Shown piece after piece: positions 1-9,245 of a DNA stretch of 55,194 nt. The notes beneath the pieces were generated by a model that saw nothing but the letters and a program-made list of their open reading frames with translations, was not told the DNA's origin and made no database searches. A program made the translations under genes and the position numbers. Position 1 is the stretch's first letter. Each line of letters begins with the position of its first letter. The DNA is from Patescibacteria group bacterium (GTDB lineage Bacteria > Patescibacteriota > Microgenomatia > UBA8517), in assembly GCA_042571305.1 (NCBI GenBank), contig JBHPHS010000002.1:1-55194 (forward strand). The letters run 5' to 3'.

Positions 1-1
1 T

Positions 2-1297
2 CCTCCTCTTGTTATTTTTAACGGAAACCCTGCTGCTGTAGCTGTTTGGAATAGCATTTTTAATGCCGGAGCTGCTGTTGTTCTTTTTTTCTTTGCAAAA
101 GACCTTTTTAAAAGTAAAAGAGCAGGTATTATTGCAGTAATTTTGGCTAGCACCTCCTTTTATTTTGTAGAATATAGTCCTTGGCTCTCAAACCCATCTC
201 CAACTCTTTTGACGGTGCCATTATTTTTCTATTTTTTGTGGAGGTTTTGGAGTAAAAAATCGAGAGCTGTAGTATTTGCTGCTTTTTTTCTTGGGTTGAG
301 TATCCAATTTGAACTTTTTTTTCTTTACTTAATTCCTGTTTTTATTTTGTACCACCTCTTTTCTAAAAATAAAAATATCAAAGACACTGTTTATGGGATT
401 ATTATATTTAGCTTAGCAACATCAACTATGATACTAACTGAAATTAAATATCACTTTGCTGGTGTTGTCTCTTTACTTGATTCGTTTGTTCATAGAGATG
501 TTTCTTCAGGTCAAGGCTTTTTAGGAAATTTAAAACTGTTTGTTGATAGGTTTTTTGAAACATATTCACAAACCATTCTTCCTGTGAGTTTTGGGAAAAT
601 TGTTGGTGTTCTTGTTTTTGTCGTTTTTACATTTTTTCTCATAAGAAAAAATTCAAATAAAAAAGGTCTTTCTTTTTTAGGGGTTTATCTTTTTTCTCCT
701 TTCCTGATGCTTCTTTTGGGATATCATGGAGCACCTTGGTTTTTGATATCCCTTCCCCCGGCGATGATTCTTTTAACCGCCTTTTTGTTAGATAAAGCTA
801 AATCAAACATTTTACTTGCGGTAATTTTAGTGGTTTTCTGTTTGGTTAACCTAAGTGCTTTAAGGAAAGACAAGATTTCTCAAACTTCAATTTTAGAACC
901 TGATAAGTCTTCTTATCTGACAAATCAATTAAAGGTTGTTGATTATACCTACCAATCATCAGGAGGGGATACTTTTACAATCAATTCCGTTACCAATCCT
1001 CTTTATATAAATGCTGTTTGGTCATATAACTATGAATGGTATGGTATAAGTAGATATAATTATGTCCCTTCTTGGTCAGGGGGAGACCAGCTTTATCCTT
1101 ATGATAGTTTGGAAAAACCAGATGAAAGTGAAAAATACCTCTACATGATTATAGATGACTCTCCCAGGATTCCTGAAGTTCACAAGATTTTGGCTGTTGA
1201 GTGGGCCGATGAAAGAAGCACTCTTGTTGAAACCTTGACATTTGGGCAAATCTTAGTTCAAAAAAGAGAATTTTTTGAGAAAAAAGAAACCAATTAA
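2..1297 (+). CDS. GT-C fold membrane glycosyltransferase (ArnT/PMT_2-like), 5'-partial
   Basis: Frame 2 is open from the window edge (PPLVIFNGNPAAVAVWNSIFNAGAAVVLFFFAKDLFKSKRAG precedes the ORF-track Met at 143), so the gene starts upstream of the window. It has many hydrophobic helices followed by a soluble C-terminal tail. It resembles the paralogues at 12348 and 19216. Confidence 0.65.
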   Translation, partial: PPLVIFNGNPAAVAVWNSIFNAGAAVVLFFFAKDLFKSKRAGIIAVILASTSFYFVEYSPWLSNPSPTLLTVPLFFYFLWRFWSKKSRAVVFAAFFLGLSIQFELFFLYLIPVFILYHLFSKNKNIKDTVYGIIIFSLATSTMILTEIKYHFAGVVSLLDSFVHRDVSSGQGFLGNLKLFVDRFFETYSQTILPVSFGKIVGVLVFVVFTFFLIRKNSNKKGLSFLGVYLFSPFLMLLLGYHGAPWFLISLPPAMILLTAFLLDKAKSNILLAVILVVFCLVNLSALRKDKISQTSILEPDKSSYLTNQLKVVDYTYQSSGGDTFTINSVTNPLYINAVWSYNYEWYGISRYNYVPSWSGGDQLYPYDSLEKPDESEKYLYMIIDDSPRIPEVHKILAVEWADERSTLVETLTFGQILVQKREFFEKKETN

Positions 1298-3172
1298 TAT
1301 AAAAATAGTTGTTAAGCTGATTCCCATACCCCAAACATATCCATTGGGAAGGTATTTTAAATCTACCAATTTTGTGTTAGTGGTAATATCGACCGCTCGC
1401 AAACCGTTGGGGGTTTCTTGGACACGCACCTCTTTACTTTCGTTAAGATATGCCTTCCATCCTGGGCTGTAAACTTCGGAAAGAATTATTTGGTTATTGC
1501 TAAAGTCTTTTGTGTCTAAACGGATATGATTAGGGGTATAAAGGGTGATTGGAACACTGGCACGAGGTATAAAGAAGTTGTTTTGGTAAATCAAGAAGTT
1601 ATTAGTTGTGTCTACCAATTCAAAACCTGAATCAGTCAACTTATAAGGTGAGACAATATATTTTGTATTATATTCACCCAATGCTTTTGCGTCTGGTTGA
1701 ATTTGGTTAGTGATACTTGTGTCAACAGGTGGTACAGCTAATGTATAGTAATTCCAAAATCCTCCCATAAGCTGCCAGCTTTGTTTGAAGTAATTAGTCT
1801 GTTGAAGGGTGTTGTAACCCTCAACTAGTTCAAGATTATATTTTGCTGATTCTTGCTGGGATAGGCAACGGGTGGTGCAAAAAACTCTAAAGCGGTCACT
1901 ATCTTTGCCTAGGAATTCAAAAACTTGCTTAGGAGCAAGGTTTAGATTTTTATAAGGAGGTTTGAATATGTAAATCCAGCTTAGTGTTAGAACTTCTCCC
2001 AAAGCAAGCAATATTATTAAATTTGTTAAAAGCAGTTTCTTTTTAGCCTTGATTAAGGTGTTTATCGCAACTCCTCCTAAAACTGCAGTGATAAAGTTGT
2101 TTATATACCAAAGTCTAGTTGTAACTCTTAAGAGTGTAAACCATTTTTGTTTTACAAAAAAGGAATATCCAGGTAAAAGGTTGTTTAGGGCCAAAATCGA
2201 GATTCCTGCGACGAGTATAAATATGAGAACTCGATATTTCTTTTTAACTTTGAAAAAACCAATCACAGAAAGTATAAACGGAATAATTCCTAACGTTAAC
2301 CATTTTTCGGTTCCTGTCTGCCATATTTCTCTTAGGCCATGCATATATGGGAACAGGATTGAAAAGAAAAACTCTTTTATTGTTAACCATTCGGGGTATA
2401 TTTTTGGATGATCTATGAGAAGGAACCTGGTTGTAAGAGACGACCATGATAGTTGTGGCAAAAGAGTAATTGCAACTAGTCCAAAAGCAATAATAAGTCC
2501 GACTGTCGCAAATATTAATGTTTTTATATTTTTGTTTTTGGAATACAAATAAAGAAAAAAGATTAGTAGAAGAGACAAAATAAGTGCAGAAAGGAAAATC
2601 AGGGTATGAGTATAGAAAAGCCCAGCTAAGCTTACCGAGTAAAGTAAAATCCATTTAAATTTAGGTTTTTTGGTCAGCATAACTGCAGATGCAATTAAAA
2701 AAGGCAACCAAGCATATGCTGCAATTAAAGAGAAATGTCCTGCTTCAAGATATCCCGAAACTCTTGGAGTAAGGATATAAAGGACGCTAGCAAAAATACT
2801 TGCTTTTTTGTCTAAAGAAAAGATCTCCTTTGTCAAAAAATACATTCCACAAGCTCCCAGTAGAAGATGTATAAAAATATGAACAATAAATGCTATTGAG
2901 GTTGGAAGAAAATAAAAAAGGAAATTGGGAGGGTAAAAAAGAGAAAATTGTGGATCAGGAAGAATAGGGGTACCCGCAAAAAAGAGATTATTCCAAAGGG
3001 GTAGTTGATGATTTATAAGAATGTTTTGTCTTATAAAATAAAAGACTGGCCAAAAAACCTCTTGTAAATCATTTCCTCTATCAAGCAGGATGTATGGTTT
3101 AATAAAAATTGGAAGGTAAAAGATAGAAACTGCTAGAGCAATTATTAAATAGGGGATTAATTTCTTTTTCAT
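1253..3172 (-). CDS. YfhO-like polytopic membrane protein (putative extracytoplasmic glycan glycosyltransferase)
   Basis: 639-aa ORF. The N-terminus (GNDLQEVFWPVFYFIRQNILINHQLPLWNNLFFAGTPILPDPQFSLFYPPNFLFYFLP) resembles the YfhO family. About 12 TM helices are followed by a soluble domain and a C-terminal TM anchor. Confidence 0.6.
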   Translation of the reverse strand: MKKKLIPYLIIALAVSIFYLPIFIKPYILLDRGNDLQEVFWPVFYFIRQNILINHQLPLWNNLFFAGTPILPDPQFSLFYPPNFLFYFLPTSIAFIVHIFIHLLLGACGMYFLTKEIFSLDKKASIFASVLYILTPRVSGYLEAGHFSLIAAYAWLPFLIASAVMLTKKPKFKWILLYSVSLAGLFYTHTLIFLSALILSLLLIFFLYLYSKNKNIKTLIFATVGLIIAFGLVAITLLPQLSWSSLTTRFLLIDHPKIYPEWLTIKEFFFSILFPYMHGLREIWQTGTEKWLTLGIIPFILSVIGFFKVKKKYRVLIFILVAGISILALNNLLPGYSFFVKQKWFTLLRVTTRLWYINNFITAVLGGVAINTLIKAKKKLLLTNLIILLALGEVLTLSWIYIFKPPYKNLNLAPKQVFEFLGKDSDRFRVFCTTRCLSQQESAKYNLELVEGYNTLQQTNYFKQSWQLMGGFWNYYTLAVPPVDTSITNQIQPDAKALGEYNTKYIVSPYKLTDSGFELVDTTNNFLIYQNNFFIPRASVPITLYTPNHIRLDTKDFSNNQIILSEVYSPGWKAYLNESKEVRVQETPNGLRAVDITTNTKLVDLKYLPNGYVWGMGISLTTIFILIGFFFLKKFSFLN

Positions 3173-3186
3173 TTCAAGCTGCTTAG

Positions 3187-3199
3187 ATTATAATATAAT
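3187..3199. promoter_or_regulatory. Back-to-back -10 boxes in a divergent intergenic region
   Basis: The sequence is gATTATAATATAATt. TATAAT occurs on the plus strand at 3189-3194 and 3194-3199, and on the minus strand at 3187-3192. It lies between divergent genes starting at 3172 (minus) and 3204/3349 (plus). Confidence 0.35.
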
Positions 3200-3203
3200 T
3201 CAG

Positions 3204-3371
3204 ATGGTACCAAACATAGGAAAAGTTTTGATTTCCGTTTCACTTCTGGGCTTAGTAGTGGTTGGCGTACTACTTTTGACCAACCACCCGGGTTTTGCAA
3301 TTAAAATTACAAATTATATTTTCTTACTTCTTTTAATAGGAGTTACCTATGAAACAATATTTAAAAAATAA
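3204..3371 (+). CDS. Possible small (55 aa) two-helix membrane peptide, below the ORF-track size cutoff
   Basis: Hand translation gives MVPNIGKVLISVSLLGLVVVGVLLLTNHPGFAIKITNYIFLLLLIGVTYETIFKK*. There are two hydrophobic stretches. The ATG lies 4-9 nt after the TATAAT boxes, and the ORF overlaps the start of the 3349 gene in another frame. Confidence 0.3.
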   Translation: MVPNIGKVLISVSLLGLVVVGVLLLTNHPGFAIKITNYIFLLLLIGVTYETIFKK

Positions 3372-5820
3372 TTACTGGATATTACTTCTTATTCCTGCTG
3401 TTTTTGTGTTTAAGAGTTTGATTTTAGGCGGAGCTATTTTTGGGGGAGATGCCCCCTATTTTTATCCTAATGCTCTTAAGACTCTTTTTTCTGAACCTTT
3501 GGTTTGGACTCAAAGAGGAAATGCTTTTGGGGGTGTCAATCTGGCTCTTTGGCTAGGCCCGATTATGGTTGCTTACGGGGCTTTGGGAAAATTTGTTCAT
3601 TTGGGAAATGATGCAATTGTCAGAATTTTGTTTTTGTTTCCTTCTTTGATTTTGTCTTTTGTTGGCCCCTACTTACTAGCTAGATATTTAAAGTTTGGAA
3701 AGATTACTCAGTTTTTTGCATCCTTGTTATATGTTTTTAATACTTACTTTCTTCTGTTAATTGATGGAGGACAGGTGGGGGTAGCTTTAGCATATGGAAT
3801 ATTTCCTTTTACTCTGCTTTTTTTGAAGAAATTCACAGATAAGCCTAAAAAGGGCAGTTTTTTCTTGGCCCTTTTGTTTTCCTTTGCGCTTTCTTTAGTT
3901 GATCCCAGAATTTTGGTAATTTGTTTTCTTTCAATTTTTCTATGGTCGGCATTGGAGGAGAAGTTTACATTTTGGCTTATACCCCTTGGGATTTTACTTA
4001 TTCTTCTTAATTTTTATTGGATATATCCATTCTTGAAGCTTGGTACTAGTGTAATAAACACTACCGTTTCGAATCTAGGTCTTTTGTCTTTAATTAATCC
4101 TCTTTTTCTTTTTTCTCCTCACTGGCCGGCTAACAATTTCGGTAAAATTGTCTTCCCTCCATATTATTTTGTAGTTGTTCCTTTGATTGTTTTTGGTGGA
4201 CTGCTTTTTAAGGAAAGAAATAAGAAGGTTCCAATAATAGCACTTTTGCTATTGGTCTTTGCATTTCTTTCCAAAGGCTTAACTCCTCCTTTGGGGATTA
4301 ATCTTGGGTTAATATTCAGAGATTCCAGTAAGTTTTTTGTACTAGTTATTCTTTTTGCAGGAATTTTGTTTGGAGAGACAGTAGATAAACTTCAATCTAA
4401 ATTTAAACATTCTTGGTTGCTGGGATACCTTTTTATTATCTTACTTATAAGCCCCGCGATTATTGGAAAAATGAATTTTTTATTATCCAACCATGTTCCC
4501 AATCCTAGTTATCAGAAAATTGCCCAGAATTTAAGTTCACAAGAGGAAAGCTTTAGAAGTGTATGGTTAACAAGGAAAGAACCATTAAGCTATGAATCAA
4601 AGGATAAACCTGCTGTTGATGGGATTGAGCTGGCAAGCTATTTTCCGTTTGCAAATCTGAACACCTCTGAGGATGTTTTTAACTTTTTAAACAACACCTC
4701 TTTTATTGACCGGTTTAGGGTTTTGGGGATTAAGTATCTTTTTTTAAACGGAAATGCAAGAAACCTAAGTCCTGATAAAGCTGATATCGAAAGTTGGCAA
4801 GCAATAAACACTTTGATTGAAAAGGCGCCCGGGCTTACAAAGCTTAATTGGGATTTGGATTTTCCTGCATATGAGGTTTCCAATCTTTACCCCAGGTTTT
4901 ATTCAGTTGAAAATCTGCTTGCTGTAGTTGGTCCTGGGCTAGAATCAAACAACGCCATTATACCAAGTATCTATTTTGAGGATGGGAAATTAGATCCCAG
5001 AGAGCTTATCGGTAAAAAGCCAGATTCACTAAAGATCTACTTTAACGGCAAAAGCGAAACAGACTTAATAATGAGTTTTGTGCAGAAATATTTTCTCTCC
5101 CCGTCAGAGAACAAGAGTTCTCAATGGGCAATTTTTGGTGCAAAAGACTATTTGAAGTATAAATATGAGCTTTTAATAAGAGGTTATCAGTTTAAAGATT
5201 TTGATTATGCTAAAGGAATTGCCTTTTCAAGCATTAAGGGTGAATCTATTTCATTTAAGTTTAAAGTACCAAAAAATGGTAATTATATTTTAACTAAAAG
5301 AGTTTCGGATAAAGAAATACAGAGCCTTCACTGGGAAACAGAAGAAAAAACACTCACAAAGGGAAGTTTTGATTATGAAGTTGTAAACAATTCCGGTTTG
5401 CAGGTTATGAATGTTGTTGCCCTTATACCCGCAGAGGCTTATCAAGAGGCTCAAGAGCTTGCTGAGGGTTTAATTAAGGATTTTGGAGTTGTCAATAATC
5501 CTGATAATAAAATAGGTATTAGGTTGGTTGAGGTATTAGAAGAGGGAACTCTAAAGTACAAAGTCACACAGGATGAAAGTACCTACTGGATTGTTTTTTC
5601 CGACAATTACAATCCTTTCTGGAAGTTAAAGAAAGGGGTAGATTATTTCTCTTCAGTTCCGGTTTATTCAATGCTTAATGCTTTTTATGTAGAGCCAACA
5701 TGGAATGATTTACACATTGAGTTTAAAGGCCAAGAAACCTTTAGATGGGGTGTTTGGATAAGCATCTTAACTATATTATCTTTAATAATTTACTTTTTAT
5801 ATGAGAAAAAAAATAACTGA
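3349..5820 (+). CDS. Large polytopic membrane protein with a ~400-aa extracytoplasmic domain and a C-terminal TM anchor (putative GT-C-like glycosyltransferase or polymerase)
   Basis: 823-aa ORF with AGGAG (3338-3342) 6 nt upstream of the ATG. The N-terminal ~390 aa are highly hydrophobic, followed by a soluble region and a terminal helix WGVWISILTILSLIIYFLY. I recognise no specific family. Confidence 0.55.
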   Translation: MKQYLKNNYWILLLIPAVFVFKSLILGGAIFGGDAPYFYPNALKTLFSEPLVWTQRGNAFGGVNLALWLGPIMVAYGALGKFVHLGNDAIVRILFLFPSLILSFVGPYLLARYLKFGKITQFFASLLYVFNTYFLLLIDGGQVGVALAYGIFPFTLLFLKKFTDKPKKGSFFLALLFSFALSLVDPRILVICFLSIFLWSALEEKFTFWLIPLGILLILLNFYWIYPFLKLGTSVINTTVSNLGLLSLINPLFLFSPHWPANNFGKIVFPPYYFVVVPLIVFGGLLFKERNKKVPIIALLLLVFAFLSKGLTPPLGINLGLIFRDSSKFFVLVILFAGILFGETVDKLQSKFKHSWLLGYLFIILLISPAIIGKMNFLLSNHVPNPSYQKIAQNLSSQEESFRSVWLTRKEPLSYESKDKPAVDGIELASYFPFANLNTSEDVFNFLNNTSFIDRFRVLGIKYLFLNGNARNLSPDKADIESWQAINTLIEKAPGLTKLNWDLDFPAYEVSNLYPRFYSVENLLAVVGPGLESNNAIIPSIYFEDGKLDPRELIGKKPDSLKIYFNGKSETDLIMSFVQKYFLSPSENKSSQWAIFGAKDYLKYKYELLIRGYQFKDFDYAKGIAFSSIKGESISFKFKVPKNGNYILTKRVSDKEIQSLHWETEEKTLTKGSFDYEVVNNSGLQVMNVVALIPAEAYQEAQELAEGLIKDFGVVNNPDNKIGIRLVEVLEEGTLKYKVTQDESTYWIVFSDNYNPFWKLKKGVDYFSSVPVYSMLNAFYVEPTWNDLHIEFKGQETFRWGVWISILTILSLIIYFLYEKKNN

Positions 5821-7042
5821 AATAATTTCAACCACAACTTTTAAGGACTCAGCCGTTTCATCTTTCGGGACAATTGCTAATGGTTTGCTTGGGGTTGTCT
5901 ATTACATTTTAATGGCCAGGTTTTTAGGACCCGCCGATTATGGAGCTTTTTCTGTTTCGGTTGCTGCTATTGCTCTTATTGCCAGTATTGCCAATGTGGG
6001 TATTGATACAGGTATTTTAAGATTCAGAGGTGAGTCTAAATATCTAAAGTTGGCGCTTAAAATAAAGTTATTTTCTTCCGTTATTGTATTAGTTTTAGGT
6101 TGGTTTATTGTTCCACCCGCCACCAAACTACTTTTTGCCAAACCTGAACTTGTTTTACCTTTAAGATTAGCCCTTTTGGGTGTTGCCACATCTCTACTTT
6201 TTTCTTTTTCTGCAAGTGCCCTACAAGCTTTGGAAAAGTTTTGGCTTTGGAGTTTTTTGAATATCTTTTCTAATACCCTAAGATTATTATCTGCTGTTGG
6301 ACTTCTTTTTGTTGGCAGCCTTGGAGTTGTTGCAGGTCTTTATGGCTACATTGGAGCACCACTGATAGGTTTTGCTATTGGATTTTTCTTTCTTCCTGCA
6401 TTTTGGAAGGTAAAGAAAGAAAAGGAAGTTTTGAGAGAGTTTTTGAATTTTAACAAGTGGATTGCTCTTTTTACCCTAATAATGGCAGTTGCTTCAAGAA
6501 TGGACACTTTTCTTACAACAAGACTTTTGACCCTAGCTCAGGTTGGAATTTATTCGGTTGCGGTTTCCCTTACCAGTATTATTCCTCAGATAGTTTTAGC
6601 ATTGGCCTCAGTTGTTGCTCCTAAGCTATCCCGTTTTACCAGCAGTCATGACGTTTTGGTTTATTTAAAGAAATTGCAGATTTTTGTGCTAGGGCTTGCT
6701 GTAGTTGGTGTACCTATTGGGATATTAATTGGAAAGGTTTTGATAAATAGAGTATATGGAAGCGATTATCTAGCTTCCTTTGGTCCTTTAGTAGTTCTTA
6801 TCTTCTCACAAGCAATATTTTTAATATCTGTACCGGTTCATACATCAATTAATTATTATTTTTCCAAACCATCCGTTTTTGTTTGGGTATCACTTAGCAA
6901 CTTGGTTGTTGTATCTACCTTGGGATATTTTTTAATAGGAAAATATAACTATATGGGTGCAGCAGCAACAATGCTTATAGGGAATGTGTTTAACTTTGTA
7001 GCTCCCGCTATATGGGTGATGAAAGAGTTTAAAAAGCGATGA
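5801..7042 (+). CDS. Wzx-like polysaccharide/oligosaccharide flippase (MOP superfamily)
   Basis: 413 aa with about 12 TM helices. The N-terminal pattern FGTIANGLLGVVYYILMARFLGPADYGAFSVSVAAIALIASIANVGIDTGILRF is typical of polysaccharide biosynthesis (Wzx) proteins. Confidence 0.8.
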   Translation: MRKKITEIISTTTFKDSAVSSFGTIANGLLGVVYYILMARFLGPADYGAFSVSVAAIALIASIANVGIDTGILRFRGESKYLKLALKIKLFSSVIVLVLGWFIVPPATKLLFAKPELVLPLRLALLGVATSLLFSFSASALQALEKFWLWSFLNIFSNTLRLLSAVGLLFVGSLGVVAGLYGYIGAPLIGFAIGFFFLPAFWKVKKEKEVLREFLNFNKWIALFTLIMAVASRMDTFLTTRLLTLAQVGIYSVAVSLTSIIPQIVLALASVVAPKLSRFTSSHDVLVYLKKLQIFVLGLAVVGVPIGILIGKVLINRVYGSDYLASFGPLVVLIFSQAIFLISVPVHTSINYYFSKPSVFVWVSLSNLVVVSTLGYFLIGKYNYMGAAATMLIGNVFNFVAPAIWVMKEFKKR

Positions 7043-7779
7043 AGATTTCAGTTCATACCCTTGTAAAAAATGAAGAGAGATTTGTTTGGTATGCAATTAA
7101 TTCAGTAATAAGCTTTGTTGATGAAATTCTTGTTTGGGACAATGGAAGTACCGACAATACTATCAAGATTATACAAAGCATTAAATCTCCAAAAATTAAA
7201 TTTAATAATTTTGCTGGTGTCCCATCTTTGGCAAGGCAAAGAATGCTTGAGGAAACAAAGGCCGATTGGATACTTATTTTAGATGGGGATGAGATTTGGT
7301 GGGAATCTAGTATTAAGCAATTAGTTTCTGGTATTAGAAATAATTATGACTGTGTAGTTACCCCTAACTATATGTTGGTAGGGGACATTTTTCATTATCA
7401 GGAAGGTAAAGCTGGGAAGTATAAAATAGCCAACCGTACGGGCCATTTAAATATTAGATTTGTTAGAAATGCTCCCGGACTTCATGTTAAGGGGGTTTAT
7501 CCTAATGAGGCTTATGTAACAAAAGAAGGTGTAAAGATACAAAATTTTCCTAAGGAAAAAATATACTTTTCAGATACACCCTATTTACATACAAGTTTCT
7601 TAAAAAAGAAAAAATATGAGTTGGGTATTCCTTTTCCTTTGGATTTTTACTATCCGGAAGTATTGTTTATTCCTAGACCAAAAATAATTCCTAGTCCTTG
7701 GGTGTGTACTAATTATGGTTATAAATTTCAAGCAGTGTGGCAAACACCTCTTAAAAAAATAAAAAGGAGAATAAGATGA
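7039..7779 (+). CDS. GT2 family glycosyltransferase
   Basis: ISVHTLVKNEERFVWYAINSV...LVWDNGSTDNT plus a DxD-like LILDGDEIWW motif. There is an ATGA overlap with the upstream gene. Confidence 0.8.
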   Translation: MKISVHTLVKNEERFVWYAINSVISFVDEILVWDNGSTDNTIKIIQSIKSPKIKFNNFAGVPSLARQRMLEETKADWILILDGDEIWWESSIKQLVSGIRNNYDCVVTPNYMLVGDIFHYQEGKAGKYKIANRTGHLNIRFVRNAPGLHVKGVYPNEAYVTKEGVKIQNFPKEKIYFSDTPYLHTSFLKKKKYELGIPFPLDFYYPEVLFIPRPKIIPSPWVCTNYGYKFQAVWQTPLKKIKRRIR

Positions 7780-8471
7780 ACTACCACAGAGACAAAGATT
7801 ACCTAGCGTCGGAGAGCCAGTTTAGAAACATTTTCAAAAAGAGATTTAATCTAATAAAGAAATACCAAATAGGAGAAACGAAAAGAGTTCTTGACATAGG
7901 TTGTTCAAACGGAGTTTTTTTAGATCTTTTCAAGGAGGATGGGTGGGAAACTTGGGGAGTGGAGCCATCAGATACAGCAAATGCTGCAAAATATAAAGGC
8001 CACAAAGTATTTAAAGGTGTTTTTGAAAAAGCAAAACTACCCACAAACTTCTTTGATTTAGTAATTATGAATCATACTTTGGAGCATATGGATAATCCCA
8101 CTGAGGTTTTGAATAAAATTAATAAGATTCTAAAATCTAAAGGTCATTTGTTTGTTGATGTTCCCAATGCAGGTGGTTTGGGAGCAAGGCTGTTGGGTAA
8201 GCATTGGCCTTATTTGCTTTCTGATGAGCATAAATGGCAATTTACTAGGGGCAGCTTGGAGAGATTGATAAAAGGATCAAATATTAAAGTTATCCATTTT
8301 GAATCAAGATCAGGACTTTTTGAATATGCAAACCCAATACTGGAATTATGGCAAAGCTTAATTGGATTTAAAAAAAGATTTGTTACGGACTTATTTTTAT
8401 TTCCTTGGTCTCTTTTGGTAACTTTATTTGATAATGGAGACAGTATGAGTATAATAGGGGTGAAATTATGA
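7776..8471 (+). CDS. Class I SAM-dependent methyltransferase
   Basis: Motif I is VLDIGCSNGVFLD, followed by a downstream VIMNHTLEHMDNP pattern. AGGAG lies at 7765-7769, 6 nt upstream of the ATG. Confidence 0.85.
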   Translation: MNYHRDKDYLASESQFRNIFKKRFNLIKKYQIGETKRVLDIGCSNGVFLDLFKEDGWETWGVEPSDTANAAKYKGHKVFKGVFEKAKLPTNFFDLVIMNHTLEHMDNPTEVLNKINKILKSKGHLFVDVPNAGGLGARLLGKHWPYLLSDEHKWQFTRGSLERLIKGSNIKVIHFESRSGLFEYANPILELWQSLIGFKKRFVTDLFLFPWSLLVTLFDNGDSMSIIGVKL

Positions 8472-9244
8472 AAGAATTGGATCCCAGACTTGTAGCTGCA
8501 TTCCTAACAGAAAGAACAAATATAATATTTCCTCCTGGAGGCGATACTTTTGAGGATACTTACTTAGAAAATTACCAAGTTGAGAACGTAATGACAACCT
8601 TGGGAATGTGTCTAGGCGAAATTCATAAAGTAGAAGGTTACGGCTATGGATTAATTAACAGCGATAAGTTTGCTATAGGAGAGTTGGTTGGCCGTCATAG
8701 TTGTTGGTCTAATTTTATTCTTGATAATACTAAATCTAGATTTGATCAAATGAAAAGTGTCTTGGAGCAAGAAGAAATTAATGATAAACATATTACTGAG
8801 TTGTCTGATGATAAAAGAAAGCTGATGATGAATTTACTAGGTAGATCTAAAGATGTTCTTTCTATTCTTGAAAAAGAAAAGAAACTAATGGATGATGCTC
8901 CTTCGAGCTTATTATACGGAAATGTTCATCTTGGAAATATTGTTGTAGATGATGGGAAACTTGTAGGGTTGAGAGATTTTGAACAGCCATTGATTGGAGA
9001 CCCAGTGGATGATCTTGCATATTTTTCGGTTATGCCAGAGGGTGAGAAATATTTATCATTTGTCCTTAATGGCTGGAAGGAGGTGATTAACGATCCTGAC
9101 TTAGACAAAAAATTACATCTTTACAGGCTAATTGAATCTTACAGAAAAATATATACAAGATATATTAATCATCACTCACTTCAAGACTATTCGGAACCTC
9201 TTAGCATTGCTCAAAAAGAGCTTCGCTACTACAATATAAGTTAA
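8468..9244 (+). CDS. APH/choline-kinase-fold protein with a degenerate catalytic motif and a truncated N-lobe
   Basis: LLYGNVHLGNIVVDDGKLVGLRDFEQPLIGDPVDDLAYF aligns to the kinase HGDxxxxN...DFE core, but has YGN in place of HGD. Only about 45 aa precede the LGEIHK region. Confidence 0.5.
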   Translation: MKELDPRLVAAFLTERTNIIFPPGGDTFEDTYLENYQVENVMTTLGMCLGEIHKVEGYGYGLINSDKFAIGELVGRHSCWSNFILDNTKSRFDQMKSVLEQEEINDKHITELSDDKRKLMMNLLGRSKDVLSILEKEKKLMDDAPSSLLYGNVHLGNIVVDDGKLVGLRDFEQPLIGDPVDDLAYFSVMPEGEKYLSFVLNGWKEVINDPDLDKKLHLYRLIESYRKIYTRYINHHSLQDYSEPLSIAQKELRYYNIS

Positions 9245-9245
9245 G

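Noticed and set aside
2049-2654. ORFs of 120 aa (plus) and 136 aa (minus, other frame) inside the YfhO-like gene, and other 60-110 aa overlapping ORFs throughout the track
   Set aside because: All are nested in longer ORFs that have clear family signatures or membrane topology. None has a motif or an independent intergenic start region.
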